A stretch of 64,000 nt of DNA from Octopus vulgaris (taxonomy: Eukaryota). Positions 42,202-55,535 of the stretch are shown one piece after another. Both the position numbers and the translations under genes were made by a program. Every line of letters begins with the position of its first letter. Positions within the stretch are counted from its first letter, which is position 1. The stretch spans positions 23,870,001 to 23,934,000 of the forward strand of contig OX597829.1 in NCBI GenBank assembly GCA_951406725.2. Reading direction: 5' to 3'. Below the pieces are notes generated by a model. That model was not told the DNA's origin, ran no database searches, and was given only the letters and a program-made list of their open reading frames with translations.

Positions 42202-42879
42202 AAGGGATAGGTAGTACAGCTTTTCTAGTAGATACCAATTTATAACTGCTACATGCATTTTTTTTATAGTGACGATGATGATGGTGATGTCAGTGGTGGT
42301 GGTGGTGCTCAGTAGGAGAAAGTAGGTTTCTACTACACTGCAAAAGGCTGAATGTTTTTAGAGAGCCAGGTATAATCTACTACACTCCACCTACCCATTA
42401 CAGCCACTATTGCTACCATCACTACCACTACTTTACTGGTATATTATTTTATTGACACCCTCCCCACTCTCCGAAAGGATGAAGGGCAAAGTTGACCTCT
42501 GCAGGATTTGAACTCGGAGCATAATAATCAAAAGATGCACAAATGATCCTGCCAGCTTGCCTAATTATAAATTTTTTTTATTTGTTTTCCTCAAGATGTT
42601 TAAATGCACTCGTGAAGGTAAGCAGTTTGAAGTATACACTTATATGTGTATTTGTATACACATATGCACATGTGGGTGTGTGTTTGTGTAAGGAAAACCC
42701 ACTCTTTTTCCATCGAGGGCCCCAATCCTAGACTATTTTCTTAAGTCAATACATGTTTATTGCATATAAGGTTTAAGCTTATAAAATATTATCATTTACA
42801 GAATTGTAAAAGTCGACACTGCTTACCAAAAACCATTGCATATATATATATACATATAGATAGATAGATAGATATTTGT

Positions 42880-43695
42880 GGTCTGATCAATAAGTATCCG
42901 GACTGTAATGAAGCCATAGTAATGAAGCTAAAGCACACAGATTGAAGCTGCTTGACACAGATTGGACTTTAAAATTTGCTGTACATGCGCTCTAAGTTTT
43001 AAGGTTCTAGCTTGCTTCCACTGTTTACAGCAGTACTTGGAAGGAATGTGTGTAGTGTGTGATCATTGCATTGACTATGATAGAGAAAGTTGAGTAGAGA
43101 ATCTGCATCAAATTTTGCCAAAAGCTTGGCAATATGTGCTCAGAGGCCTTTGCAAAGTTTTCAAAAGGTTTTTATCGTTTTTCAACACAATCGAGAAGAT
43201 TTTTTGCGACTGAAACCCGAGAGTCCTTTTGGTCAGCTGAAAGCAGTTTTGGCGCAAACTTGGCAGACATGCATTTCATACCCAAATTTTCGGTGATAAT
43301 AGACTGAACTGGACTGTAACTGATCTGCATGTCCTCTGGTAACTCATGTATGATGATTCGATGATTTCCCCTCAAAGCTGCATGCACGTCTGTGATGTTT
43401 TTCTCAGTTCTGCTGGTTGCAGGTCTCCCAGAACATTTGTCACTGTCAACATTTTTTTGGCCATCTTGGAAACGTCTGAACCACACGAACACTTTTTCTG
43501 TGATAGTCAATGTGACAATCACATGCTATACATGTTCTTTCCAAGCACTGCTTTAAACAGCAGAAGTGAGCTAGATAGAACATTAAAACTTATGCATGTC
43601 CAGCAATGTCTGAGGTCAATCTGTACCAAGCGACTCCATTCTGCATGCTTTAGTTTCATAACTATGGCAACCATCTGGATACTTATTGATCAGAT
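42880..43695. mobile_element. Rearranged non-autonomous mariner element
   Basis: TIRs tctgatcaataagtatcc(g/a)ga at both ends in a TA-rich context. Minus ORF 43172-43522 has mariner HTH/linker motifs (VWFRRFQDG, SGRP, LGMKCMSAKFAPKLL). The plus strand at 43077 reads MIEKVE*RICIKFCQKLG (mariner N-terminus). Confidence 0.88.
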
Positions 43696-44125
43696 GATAT
43701 ATATATAATATATATATATACGATTACAAAAGAGTTACTAGTAGTTTTATGATGGAGTACTTATTTAGTTAATCCTACCTATTTTGAAACTGCAAACTAT
43801 GTATCAATTTAGGTTGTGGTCAGTACTAAAATGACCACAACAGCTGACCCTGTGGTACCACTGGCTAACAGCTTAAGTAGTCAATGTCAATTGAGAGTTG
43901 AGTGTTGTATAAATACATTAGATTACAATATTTCATTTAGATTCACTGCATTTAAATAAAAACAAAAACAGTATATACTGTATTCAAAGAAGCAAAAAAA
44001 AAAAAGTGCTTCAGTATTTGATATTTTAAACAGAAATTTCAGGAAGAGAAGCAGTTAACATCTTTCCATTCAGTGGACCTGTTAAATTGGTTTTGTATCA
44101 CCTTGGAACATTGTTGTTTAATATC

Positions 44126-44346
44126 TATTTCTTTATTACCCACAAGGGGCTAAACACAGAGGGGACAGACATAGGTATTAAGTCGATTACATCGACCCCA
44201 GTGCGTAACTGGTACTTAATTTATCTACCCCGAAAGGATGAAAGGCAAAGTCGACCTCGGCGGAATTTGAACTCACAACGTAACGCAGACGAAATACTGC
44301 TGAGCATTTCGCCTGGCGTGCTAACATTTCTGCCAGCTCGCCGCCT
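44126..44346 (-). mobile_element. Nin-domain-type SINE (family A), representative copy
   Basis: Same sequence at 28084-28300(+), 33219-33388(-), 35035-35261(+), 53732-53960(-), 54977-55200(-) and 58869-59068(+). Older copies cluster at 2455-3420, 5645-5860 and 6450-7460. Confidence 0.85.
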
Positions 44347-47300
44347 TCTGTATTGTTTAATATCATTTACAATTACCCCCTGCCATATCTCTCACTTTTT
44401 CTCTTGCTGATATTTATTGTTTTTAACACAGCATGTCCGTGAAAGCTGCTATCTGAGGACAAATACTGCAGTAACTGGCTTATTGGTCAGTGTGTATCGA
44501 TTATGATTTACAGATGGTTATTTTAACATCTTAGCAGTTATTTCATAAATAATGTCCTTGTTTGAAACAAATATTCATCTCTACTTCAGATTCTGTTTTA
44601 ACTTACCGTTTACTTTATACTAACACAAACCATCAAAAGTCCATTAATAGTCAATCAATAGTAGTGAATATGTTTAATTGCTAACATGAGAACCATGTCC
44701 AAATTGATATGTCGTCTTTTCAAGCATGCAAAAATAAATGTTTAGGACACGAATAAATCATTAATTTGTCTTTAAAATGGTGATTATACAAACTGATGAT
44801 GGCGTTTTTATACTGTTGCTTAATCTATTAAGTTTAACTGCCAAATTTTCCTCAACAAACTACACAATACCTTGAAAATGACCAATCATATTTCAAAATC
44901 ATAGAACAGAATATTTTTTTCTTTTTAATTTCTTCTACAGCAAGATATCTGTGCCTGTCCCCCTCTATCGTACTTTAACCTCTCATCACCAAGCTTGAAG
45001 GCACCTCTGACAATACTGCACTCCCCCACCCAACACTGTCAAAGGGTCTTGTCTTGTGAGTTACACGGCAACCTCAGTAAGGTAGACAGCACAAAAAAAA
45101 AAGCACCCAGTACACTCTGTAAAGTGGTTAGCATTAGGAAGGGCATTCAGCTGTAGAAACCATACCAAAATAGATACAGAAACTCAACACAGTCCTCTGG
45201 CTTGTTGGCTCTTGTTGAATCATCTAACCCATGTCAGCATGAAAGATGAACATAAAATGATGATGGTGATGATGATCTGTATGTTAGGAGTGAAGGGTAC
45301 TTATTGATCAGACCATGTAAATATATATATATATATATCACCGTGTCCGACCAGGCTATCAGATGTTGCTACACAGCAGCACTGGTCACAATGCGCTTCG
45401 CATTGTTTTAGCATTCAGATGACGCCACCCCGCTGGCTAAGCGACCAGGCCAACAGAAGATAGAGTGAGAGAAAGTTGTGGCAAAAGAGTACAGCAGGGA
45501 TTGCCACCACCCCCTGCTGAAGCCTCATGGAGCTTTAGGTGTTTTTGCTCAATAAACACAACGCCCGGTCTGGGAATTGAAACCGTGATCCTATGACCGT
45601 GAGTTCGCTGCCCTAACCACTGGGCCATTGCGCCTGCACACATACATATATATCGCAGTGAGCATCTGAAATCGGTAGGAGGAAAGAATGTATCCTCATA
45701 CCAGTAACCTGGCCTGATTGAACTCTGTTTAATGTATTCAGAGTGCCAGCTTGTTGTGTTCAACCGGTCAGTGAATTAAGTCCACCACACTACTGTTAGT
45801 CTGCTACGAGTTGAGTTGATATTCTTTCATCTCTATTATATACAAGATATAGGCACAGGCATGGCTGTGTGGTAAGAAGCTTGCTTCCCAACCACATGGT
45901 TCCAGGTTCAGTCCCACTGCATGGCACCTTGGACATGTGTCTTCTATAGCCTCGGGTTGATCAAAGCCTTGTGAGTGGATCTCATAGACGGAAACTGAAA
46001 GAAGCCTGTCGTGTATATATATATGTGTGTGTCTGTGTTTGTTCACCCCTACCATTGCTTGATAACCGATGTTGGTTTGTTTACGTCCCCATTACTTAGC
46101 TGTTTGGCAAGAGATCAATAGAATAAGTACTAGGCTTGCAAAGAATAAGTCCTGGGGTCAATTTGTTTGACTAAAATTGTTGCCTGCATAGCCACAGTTA
46201 AATGACTGAAACAAGTAAAAGAATAAAAGAGATATGAAAATATTTATTGTCTTCTATTTTTGGTCATTAATGACCAGGTTGAATGTTAATAACTTAATTG
46301 AGGTATTCATGATTGAAAAACTGTCTGTAGGTGTGAAACTATGGATTTAATTACAGGTGCTTTGCTACAGTTGTCTGTTTTCATAAAATACTTCTTTGAA
46401 GGTGTTGATGTTATTTAGCTACAGATCAACTTTGATGGAGCAAAGACATTCCAATCATGACCATCCCATACTTTTTATTTAGACATCAGGTATGGCTGTA
46501 TGGTTAAGAAGTTTGCTTTTCAACCACGTTGTGCTAGGTTCAGTTCCACTGTATAGCATCTTGGTCAAGTCTCTTCTAATATAACCTCAGCTGACCAAAT
46601 TTTTGTGAGTGAATTTGGTAGACAGAATCTGTATGGAGCCTGTTGAGTATATATTTGTGTGTGTGTGTCCCCTTGTGTTTGTGTTTGTCCCACTGTCTGG
46701 CAACCAATGTTGGTTTGTTTTATATCTCTGTAACTTAGCAGTTTGGCAAAAGAGACTGGTAGAGTAAGTAAAAGACTTGAAAAAAAAAAAATGAACTGGG
46801 GTTGATTTGTTTTGACTGAATCATTCATGGAGGTGTCCCAGCATGACCACAAATAAAAGACAGAAAGATAATGTATCTTTAACTTCATTATTTAATGTAT
46901 GACCATTTAAAAAAAAAATGGTACAGTGTAATTTGCAGAAAATTTGGCTGCAATATCTAGCAGATCAAATCACCATATAAGAGGTTTGAGCCATTGCAAG
47001 GCAGACAGAGCAAACCAATGTAGACATAGAAGGTAAAAGAGATTTGTCATGTTAGGAAGAAGAGCAACAATGTGTAAAATGTGTACTCTGGCAGATATAA
47101 TCACTACACCTCCATAATGTTGCTATGGTGACATGTTCTGGTACACCTATCTAAAAACAATTGTTTAAATCAGTGTGAAATGTGTGTGTTTGTGTATGAA
47201 TGTGGAAAGGTATCCAGCTGTGAAACACCTTCCTTTAAAATATAAAAATAAAACATGTAGACATTTGAAATTAAAGAAAAGAGAAATAAAATATAATTTA

Positions 47301-47929
47301 TTTTCTTAGGCACATCATACCACTGATTAAATCTCAACCTCTCACTCTCTCCCCAATCCTCACTTTCTCTCCTCTCCTACCTCCATAATCTATTGTCTAT
47401 CTCTTCACCACTTTCTCTTTATTTCTTCCCCCTCTCCATTCTCCACTACTCTTCTTTACTTAGCTCTCTTTTGCTTTCTGTTATTGTTTTTATGACACAC
47501 AAATACAGAAACACAAACTATTATAGATTTTAAGACATAGAAGCTATTTTTGTCACTGTCTTTTTTGACCTGTTCTACAATCATTATAGCCCATATGTAT
47601 ATAGACCAGCAATAAACCATATATGTATATATAATGTATGTATATATAGACTACATATAGACTTTATGCTGAACATATTTAGACAATGTACAATCAAGTA
47701 TAGGTGTATCCAGCATGTTTAACCATGCACAAACAAGGTATAGACTATAAATACACCACGTATAGATCTTGTATAGACCATGTTAAGACCATGTATATAG
47801 ACAGTGCTTAGACTATGCACAGTGAAATTGAACCATTTAAAAGAAACAAATTGTCACCAATCAATGATGAGAATTCAGTTGTCCAATTAACTGAATTACC
47901 TGTCCCTGAATTAATGCATAAGGACCCTT

Positions 47930-48227
47930 TGATCGTGAATGATCATGGGATTGCACTTAGAAGGTTCTCCTCAAAGGCACAAGTCTAGGCAAGGTTGTTT
48001 ATAGAAGACCAGCAGTTGCCCATGCATACCAGCCTCTCCTCTCCAACGCCACCAATGTTATCTATGGGAAAGTTTAGCACTACTGACATCTCAAATCATT
48101 TCTACAGCTGAGTGAACTGGAGCAATATGAAATAAAGTGTCTTGCTCAAGAACACAACACAGCCCAGTCTGGGAATTGAACTCACTACCTCATGATTGGG
48201 AGCCTGATGCTCTAACCACTGAGCCAT
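47930..48227 (-). mobile_element. tRNA-derived SINE (family E)
   Basis: Minus strand reads atggctcagtggttagagcatc...gagttcaattccc (A/B boxes) followed by a gttgtgttcttgagcaagacact core. Confidence 0.65.
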
Positions 48228-48571
48228 ACAAAATGGCCAAGTATTCCTAAGGAGCCTTTAAGTACACCATAATACTGTGACATTCATCTTGAGAAAGTAT
48301 CTTGCATAGATGTCTAATGCCAAAATGTTCAAATGCATCAGCAGTGGACAAGAAATGTCCAACACTGGTGGTGGAATAGCTAAATCATGTGATTTCTGAA
48401 TGTTTGCATGTCATCAGTAGCAGGTATTCACTGTCATTGCATGGTAGCCAAGCCTTGTCTCTGCTAATATTTAGAGAAACAGTGACTAATCGTTTACTGG
48501 TGTCATAAATAGCTAGGAAGTTCGGCAAAAAATGAGATATTAGCAATGGAAGCAGTAGTAGTACTTTTAGC

Positions 48572-48731
48572 AATTTTTATATCCTACTTAATGTAGGTAT
48601 ATTTTAAGAATGCCATAATACTGTGGTAATTGTATAGACATATAGGGCATTTTTGGCACTATATGACTATACGAGATTCTTTTTCCAGACAAATATCACA
48701 GTATATTGACATTAAGTAGGATATAAAAATT
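48572..48731. repeat. Small MITE-like inverted repeat
   Basis: 23-bp perfect inverted ends aatttttatatcctacttaatgt / acattaagtaggatataaaaatt. Confidence 0.6.
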
Positions 48732-48924
48732 ACTCTCTCCCCTCTCTCTCTATCATCATTTAACAACTGTTGTCCATGCTGGCATGGTTTGTATGGTTTG
48801 ACCAAAGCTGGTACGCTGGGAGGCTGTCTTATATATTAATATTTTTACTTTGTTATAATAAAACATTTCTTAAACAAGAATGTTGTTGACAGTGACTTTG
48901 AAGTTTCAGCCAGCTAAACTATTG

Positions 48925-48962
<38 letters not shown>

Positions 48963-48963
<1 letters not shown>

Positions 48964-49329
48964 GGCGCAATGGCCCAGTCGTTAGAGCAGTGAACTCGTG
49001 GTTGTAGGATCGTGGTTTCAATTCCCAGACCGGGTGTTGTGAGTGTTTAATGAGCGAAAACACCTAAAGTTCCAGGGGATGGCAGCAAACCCTGCTGTAC
49101 TCTTTCACCAAATCTTTCTCTGACTCTTTCTTCCTGTTTCTGTTGTACCTGTATTTCAAAGGGCCGACCTTGTCACAGTCTATGTCACGCTGAATCTCCC
49201 CGAGAACTATGTTAAGGGTACATGTGTCTGTGGAGTGCTCAGCCACTTGCACGTTAATTTCACGAGCAGGCTGTTCCATTGATCAGATCAACTGGAACCC
49301 TCGTCATCGTAACCGACAGAGTTCCACCA
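48963..49329 (+). mobile_element. tRNA-derived SINE (family D)
   Basis: Head ggcgcaatggcccagt-gttag...ggtttc-attcccagacc. The same head occurs at 4540-4691(-), 29200-29506(-) and 45338-45634(-). Confidence 0.85.
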
Positions 49330-50709
49330 TATATATACATATCCAGCCATAGAAACCATGCCAAAACAGACAGGGGATTCTGAACAGCCCTTCAGCAGTT
49401 CAGCTCCTGTCAAACTCATGCCAGCATGGAAAATGGACGTTAAATGTTGATGATGATATGTATCCTCACCGTCATTTTATGGCTGCATTCTATGCTGGCA
49501 TGAGGTAGAGGGATCATTGTTACTTTCCAGATGAGTCACAGAGCTACAGATCACTCTTTGCTTCACTTCTGGCTTGGCTTTTGCAGCTGGAAACCTTCCT
49601 ATTGCTAAACACTTAACAGAGTGGTGTATTTTATTACGGCACCAACACTACTATAGCAATGAAGAAAGTGGTCATTCATTTTGTCATCCCTTTTGATATT
49701 TTTGCATAGGTAAAACGGAAATCATCAAGGCAGATTGTCTATGCCCAAATGCCTTTTCTGTAACCAATCCTTACTTGCTTCCCATCCAGGTGTTTTTCTC
49801 TATGCCCAAACAAAGAGGCTAAATATGCACACCCACAGACAGTGACACACACATATATCATCATCATCATCATTTAACGTCTGCTTTCCATGCTCACATG
49901 GGTTGGACGATTTGACTGAGGTCTGGCGAACCAGACTTCAATCTGATCTGGCAGAGTTTCTACAGCTGGATGCCCTTCCTAACGCCAACCACTCCTAGAG
50001 TGTGGTGGGTGCTTTTACATACATATATATATATATATGTAATAATATGAGTAATATATAAGTATATGCGTATATACATACCTATATGTACATACCGACA
50101 TCTATATGTATATATACATGCGTATATGGGTACAGGACATCAAAAAAACGCTGAACACAATGAGAAATGAAAACATAAAAACGAAAACATGGCAACGAAC
50201 TATTTTTCAAACAATGAAAAAAACAGGGTACAAGACATACAACACAAGGAATATTCCCCTTCTTCAGTTGTCCCCGTTTCGTCTACTCCGCGTTTCAAAG
50301 GTAAGGACAAGATGCGACTTTGTTGAAAGAGTGTATGCACATCATATATAGACCATACCATACACATAGGCTATATATATATATATATATATAATGTGTG
50401 TGTGTGTGTGTAGTATACAGGTCACTTATATTTACACAATGTATGTAGGTATTGTATATTGACCTGTGGCCCTCTTAATTATATTCTCATCAACATTCAT
50501 TGTTTTTAATTCACTTGTTTTCTTTTCATCTCAATCAATCAATCAAGTCTAATCGATTGATTATAAAATGTTACTTTCTAAAACTAACCACATATTAGTG
50601 CGTGTGTGCACACACGCACGCACACATAACATACATACACAGGAGAAAGAAACAAGCCCACATACGCTCACACACTCTTGCATACACACATATTCACACA
50701 GGTACAGGA

Positions 50710-50745
<36 letters not shown>

Positions 50746-52951
50746 TAGAGGGAGTGACAGTGTGAGACAGATAGGGAGAGGGAGTGACTGTGTGTGTATG
50801 TGTGTGAAGAGAAGCAGAAAGGGAGAGTGAGAAGAGTAGTTGTTTGACCAGTTAATGTTTTTATTAAAAGTAACAGTGAACTTTACTTTGATCACCCACT
50901 AACCCTGCTACCACATCCACCTGCAGGCCACCTACACCCCAGCAATTTTCTTGTTGTTGTTGCTTAGTTGGCTGGTGGAGCCACTATTTCTACCTGTAAA
51001 TGTGATGATAATGTCCGTTTTTCCAGTTACACCTGATTATTATAATATCTATCAAGAAATTTTGGTGAGTGTGATGATTTCCTGCCAACTGTTGTATTCT
51101 ATATTGTATGGATTATAAATGTATATAACATACATACATACATTTGTGTATGTGTGTGTGTATACTGTATATGGATTTGTATTATATACATAATCCATGT
51201 CTCGCACGCACACACACACACATGGATCATTTTTACATATATATTAACATATATGTACCTGTTTCAGTGCGTTTCACACACACATGCCCTCTCATTCATA
51301 TATATTATTTATCATTACATACGTTGATTGAAATTATATTCGTATGTCATAATTTACAAGCGTTGTATTTTTCATCCTCTTGGATTATGAAAACCTAGAA
51401 AAATCACATAGCGATATTTGTCATCCAATTTGTTTGTCTTATAATTAATCTAAAAAAAACCGTTTATTATGACATTTCAGAAATTAAGTTATGTTATTAT
51501 ATATATTTTTTCTTGAGTTTTTTTTTTTTTTAACTTTTAATTTTTTGGTATATTTAAAGAATTTTTAAAGCTATTTTTGTACTTAATTGTCAATAAGTAT
51601 GGCTGTGTGGTAAGAAGTTTGCTTCCCAACCACATAGTTCCATGTTCAGTTCCACTGTGTGGAACCCTGGGCAAGTGTCTTCTATAGCCCTGGGCCTTGT
51701 AAGTGGATTTGGTAGACAAAACTGTAAGAAACTAATTTTTTGTGTGTGTGTATGTGTGTACTTAGTGTTTGTCACCCACCATTGCTTAACAACCAGTGTT
51801 GGTTTGTTTATGTCCCCATAACTTACAGCAAAAGAGACTGATAAAATAAGTATCTGGCTTTAAAAAGAAAACAAGTACTGGGTTGGATTCATTTGAGTAA
51901 ACTCTTCAAGGCAGTGCTCCAGCATGGCTGCAGTCTAATGACTGAAACAAGTAAAAGTGTAGTACTAGAATAACTATTTGTTATTTGAAGAATGCATCAA
52001 CTCCTTCCATTCTCTTATCTAAAGAATTAGGCACCTCTTGGCAAAAAGAAACTGATAAAGATAGCCATCTATGTATCATATTTCATGTATACACAGTCAA
52101 TAGGCCAGTTACTAACTTATTTGTCCTGAAATAACATCTCTTATGGACTTGCTGTGTTAAGAACACAGTAAACATCAGAAGAAGATGAAAATTCACCCCT
52201 ACATTGTTCAGCATGAGCACCTGATACCTTTCAACCTTTTTGGACCTTTTCAATTGTACATACTTGCATTGCAGTTAGCCATTTCAGCTCAAAAATTTCT
52301 GTTAGAAGACATATACATTAAATGTTCTTAATTCAATAGCTAGGTTGGTGTAAAACTCATTAGATTTTCAATCTTGTTTGTCACAACATTTATAGTTGTT
52401 CCATATTGATTTGTTGTTGATAATTAATGTTATTGTTATTTTTGTGATGGTCAATGATGTCAGATTTATTAAGTGATACCTATCTGTCTGTATGCTAAAA
52501 GGTCCATAATACGTTCACATTGTTATTTTCTGAGTCAAGTATCTTATCTGATTACCACAGAGGTTTATCTGAATACCATTGAGATTTTTTTTTTTTTTTT
52601 TGAAGCAGCTGAAATTTGTGACTTTCAGTTTATGTAGATTATAGCTTCAGTGCATTATCTATTTTGTAAGTGTTATTAATATTGGCATGACTCTCCCTAG
52701 ACAGCAAAATATTTTGTAAGAGCTGCATATATTATTTTCAGTGTATCTAGTGGTGATGGTTTGTGCCTGTGGCTGAATATTGTTTCTTCTCTTTCGTAAA
52801 CTTTCTGTTTATCCAGCCTTAAAACAGTTTTTATTTAAGTGTAGGGCATTCAGTTCACAGAGATATTGGCCACATATAAATAGTTCTTATGGTTGGTCAC
52901 TATGAGGTTCATCTGAGCTTTATAGAATATCAATAACTGTAGGTAGCTTAA

Positions 52952-53169
52952 CCCTTTAGCACTTAAACTGACCATATCCAGCTCAAATATTCTGCCTGTT
53001 AGGTTAAAACTTATTGGATCTAGCATCTCACCCCTACCCAACAATATTATTCTGAAAAGAAGCAATCATATCATTGAAATCTCAAAGCTTTGGAATATAA
53101 CATGATTAATTCAGAATTACGTGAGTGAATAAGCATTTCATTGGACAGAATAATCTAAACATTAAAGGG
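52952..53169. mobile_element. piggyBac-like MITE (TTAA TSD)
   Basis: TTAA|ccctttagc ... attaaaggg|TTAA. Related copies at ~58517-58733 (reverse), ~21233-21450 and ~33520-33603 (partial). Confidence 0.7.
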
Positions 53170-54147
53170 TTAAATATATCCTGCCCCAGGACAGACGGGT
53201 CAGTCATTGGGATGTAATCTTAGCTATGTTAAACATCAATATTATTCAATATTTTATAGAAATCTTGGGCAAATATATTTGGTGAATGCATTTGTTTCAT
53301 TTGATTCTGCCTTTCAATTTGAAGGAAGATTTAATCCCAAATTCAATTAATGTCAGACAACAAATAGTTGTTACTATTTGTAAGCGTTGTTTTCATCTTT
53401 GTGGATATAATTATGCCAAGTTATAGGTTTTATTTTGCTTCCACAGCAGCTTGGTTCGTCTGCACAAAAATTGATTTTAAAAAATAGATAAAAATATCTG
53501 GTTGGCATGTGAAGCAGTGTGGTGAAATAAACAAACTTTTTGATTAGTTCTAATATCTTAGGATATATTTGACTTGTAAAACACCTTTTTCCCTGCAGTC
53601 TGCCATGGAGAAAAATTCTCTTATCAGTCACAGCACACAGTCAGTGGATAGTTTCTCCTGGTTTCTTATAAGGAAGTGAAGGCTTCTAATCATTTCAGAG
53701 TTGCTCCACTTGGTATCTTTTACTTGTTTCATATTTCTTTATTGCCCACAAGGGCAATAAAGGGACATAGAAGGGACAAACAAGGACAGACAAACAGATT
53801 AAGTCGATTACATCGACCCCAGTGCGTAACTGGTACTTAATTTATCGACCCCGAACGGATGAAAGGCAAAGTTGGCCTTGGTGGAATTTGAACCCAGAAC
53901 GCAGTGGCGGACAAAAAGCATTTTTCCCAGTGCGTTAACATTTCTGCCAGCTCACCACCTTACTTGTCTTTTACTTGCTTCAGTCATTAGAGTGTGGCCA
54001 TGCTGGGGCATCACTTTGCATTTTTGTTGAATAAATCAACCTCTGTACTTATTATTTTGTTAAGCCTGATACTTATTCTATTGGTCTCTTTTGCTGAACT
54101 GCTAAGTTGCAGGGATGTAAACATACCAATACCAGTTGGTGGAGGAC

Positions 54148-54193
<46 letters not shown>

Positions 54194-54924
54194 ACCTGAC
54201 ATGCTTCTTCTAGTTTTCATCTACCAAAATCCATTCACATGGCTTTGGTCAGCCTGAGGCTATAGAAAACACTTGCCCAAGGTGCCACAAAGAAGGACTA
54301 AACCTGGAACCATGTGGTTGGGAAGCAAACTTCTTACCATACAGCCACTGATAAGAACATAAGTAGCGAAATACATGTATTAGTCCATTGGGAGCACTCC
54401 GAAATAACTTTGGTTATTTTACACTTTTTACCTCAAGCGAGATTTTTTCTCTAAGGCAAACCAAATGAAAATGACCTGTAAAAAAGGTCAAATAATGTCC
54501 CAAACATATTTGAACTGATTGAAAAATGATATGTTTGACATTTATTCCTCATTAACCCAACACTGAAGGGAAATAGAATATAATTTCAATTATTAAGATT
54601 ATAGATATTAATAATAATAGATTTAGGTTGCATGTAACAATCTAAACAAATTGATAGAGCATTATTTTCAGTATCAGTTAATAATGAAGATGTTATCATA
54701 ACTGAAATTGCCATAACACTGAAACACATGAAGAAAGCTGAGTGTCTTTATTGTTCTTGAGAAATATCTTGTAATAAATAATAAATTACTATTCCTATGT
54801 AGGAAAAGAGCTGATGGGACATGAGACAAATAGACAAGATGAGCCAGTGGTTTGTATTTTGTCATTGATATGATGATATAACAAAGTCACTGCTCATAAT
54901 ACAGTTTGCTTTGATGTGAGTCGG

Positions 54925-55535
54925 TACATGTACTGTGTCTATGACCAGTACACTTAACTGCCAACATCCATACCTACTTCTTTACTGCCCACAAGGGGCT
55001 ACACACAGAGGGGACAAACAAGGACAGACAAACGGATTAAGTTGATTATATCGACCCCAGTGCGTAACTGGTACTTATTTAATTGACCCCGAAAAGATGA
55101 AAGGCAAAGTTGACCTCGGCGGAATTTGAACTCAGAATGTAACGGCAGATGAAATACCGCTAAGCATTTTGCCCGGCATGCTAACGTTACTGCCAGTTCG
55201 TGGTCTAGTTCACTGTAATCTGCCCATGACCAATACACTTGACTGTCAATAGTCCAGTCTACCTAGCTGTAAGTAGGTAACACTGTGGTATAGTTAACTA
55301 CATTGTGTTCATGACCAACACACTTAACTATAATTAGTCCAGTCTACCTAGCTGTAAGTAGGTACCACGGTGTGGTATAGTTCACTGTACTGTGTTCATG
55401 ACCAACACGCTTAACTGAAATTAGTCCAGTCTACCTAACTGTAAGTAGGTACCATGGTGTAGTATAGTTAACTGTACTGTGTTCATGACCAACACACTTA
55501 TCTGTCAACAGTCTAGTCTACTCAGCTGTATAGTT
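54925..55535 (+). repeat. ~87-bp minisatellite (4 units plus 1 partial) interrupted by a SINE
   Basis: catgaccaa recurs at 55225, 55310, 55397 and 55484 (periods 85/87/87). A partial unit at ~54930 precedes the SINE. Confidence 0.85.

Noticed and set aside
50120-50330. Minus-strand GAAAC...GTA...CTGAAGA motif suggesting a permuted hammerhead
   Set aside because: No stem I can be formed between the putative cleavage site and the core in this copy.
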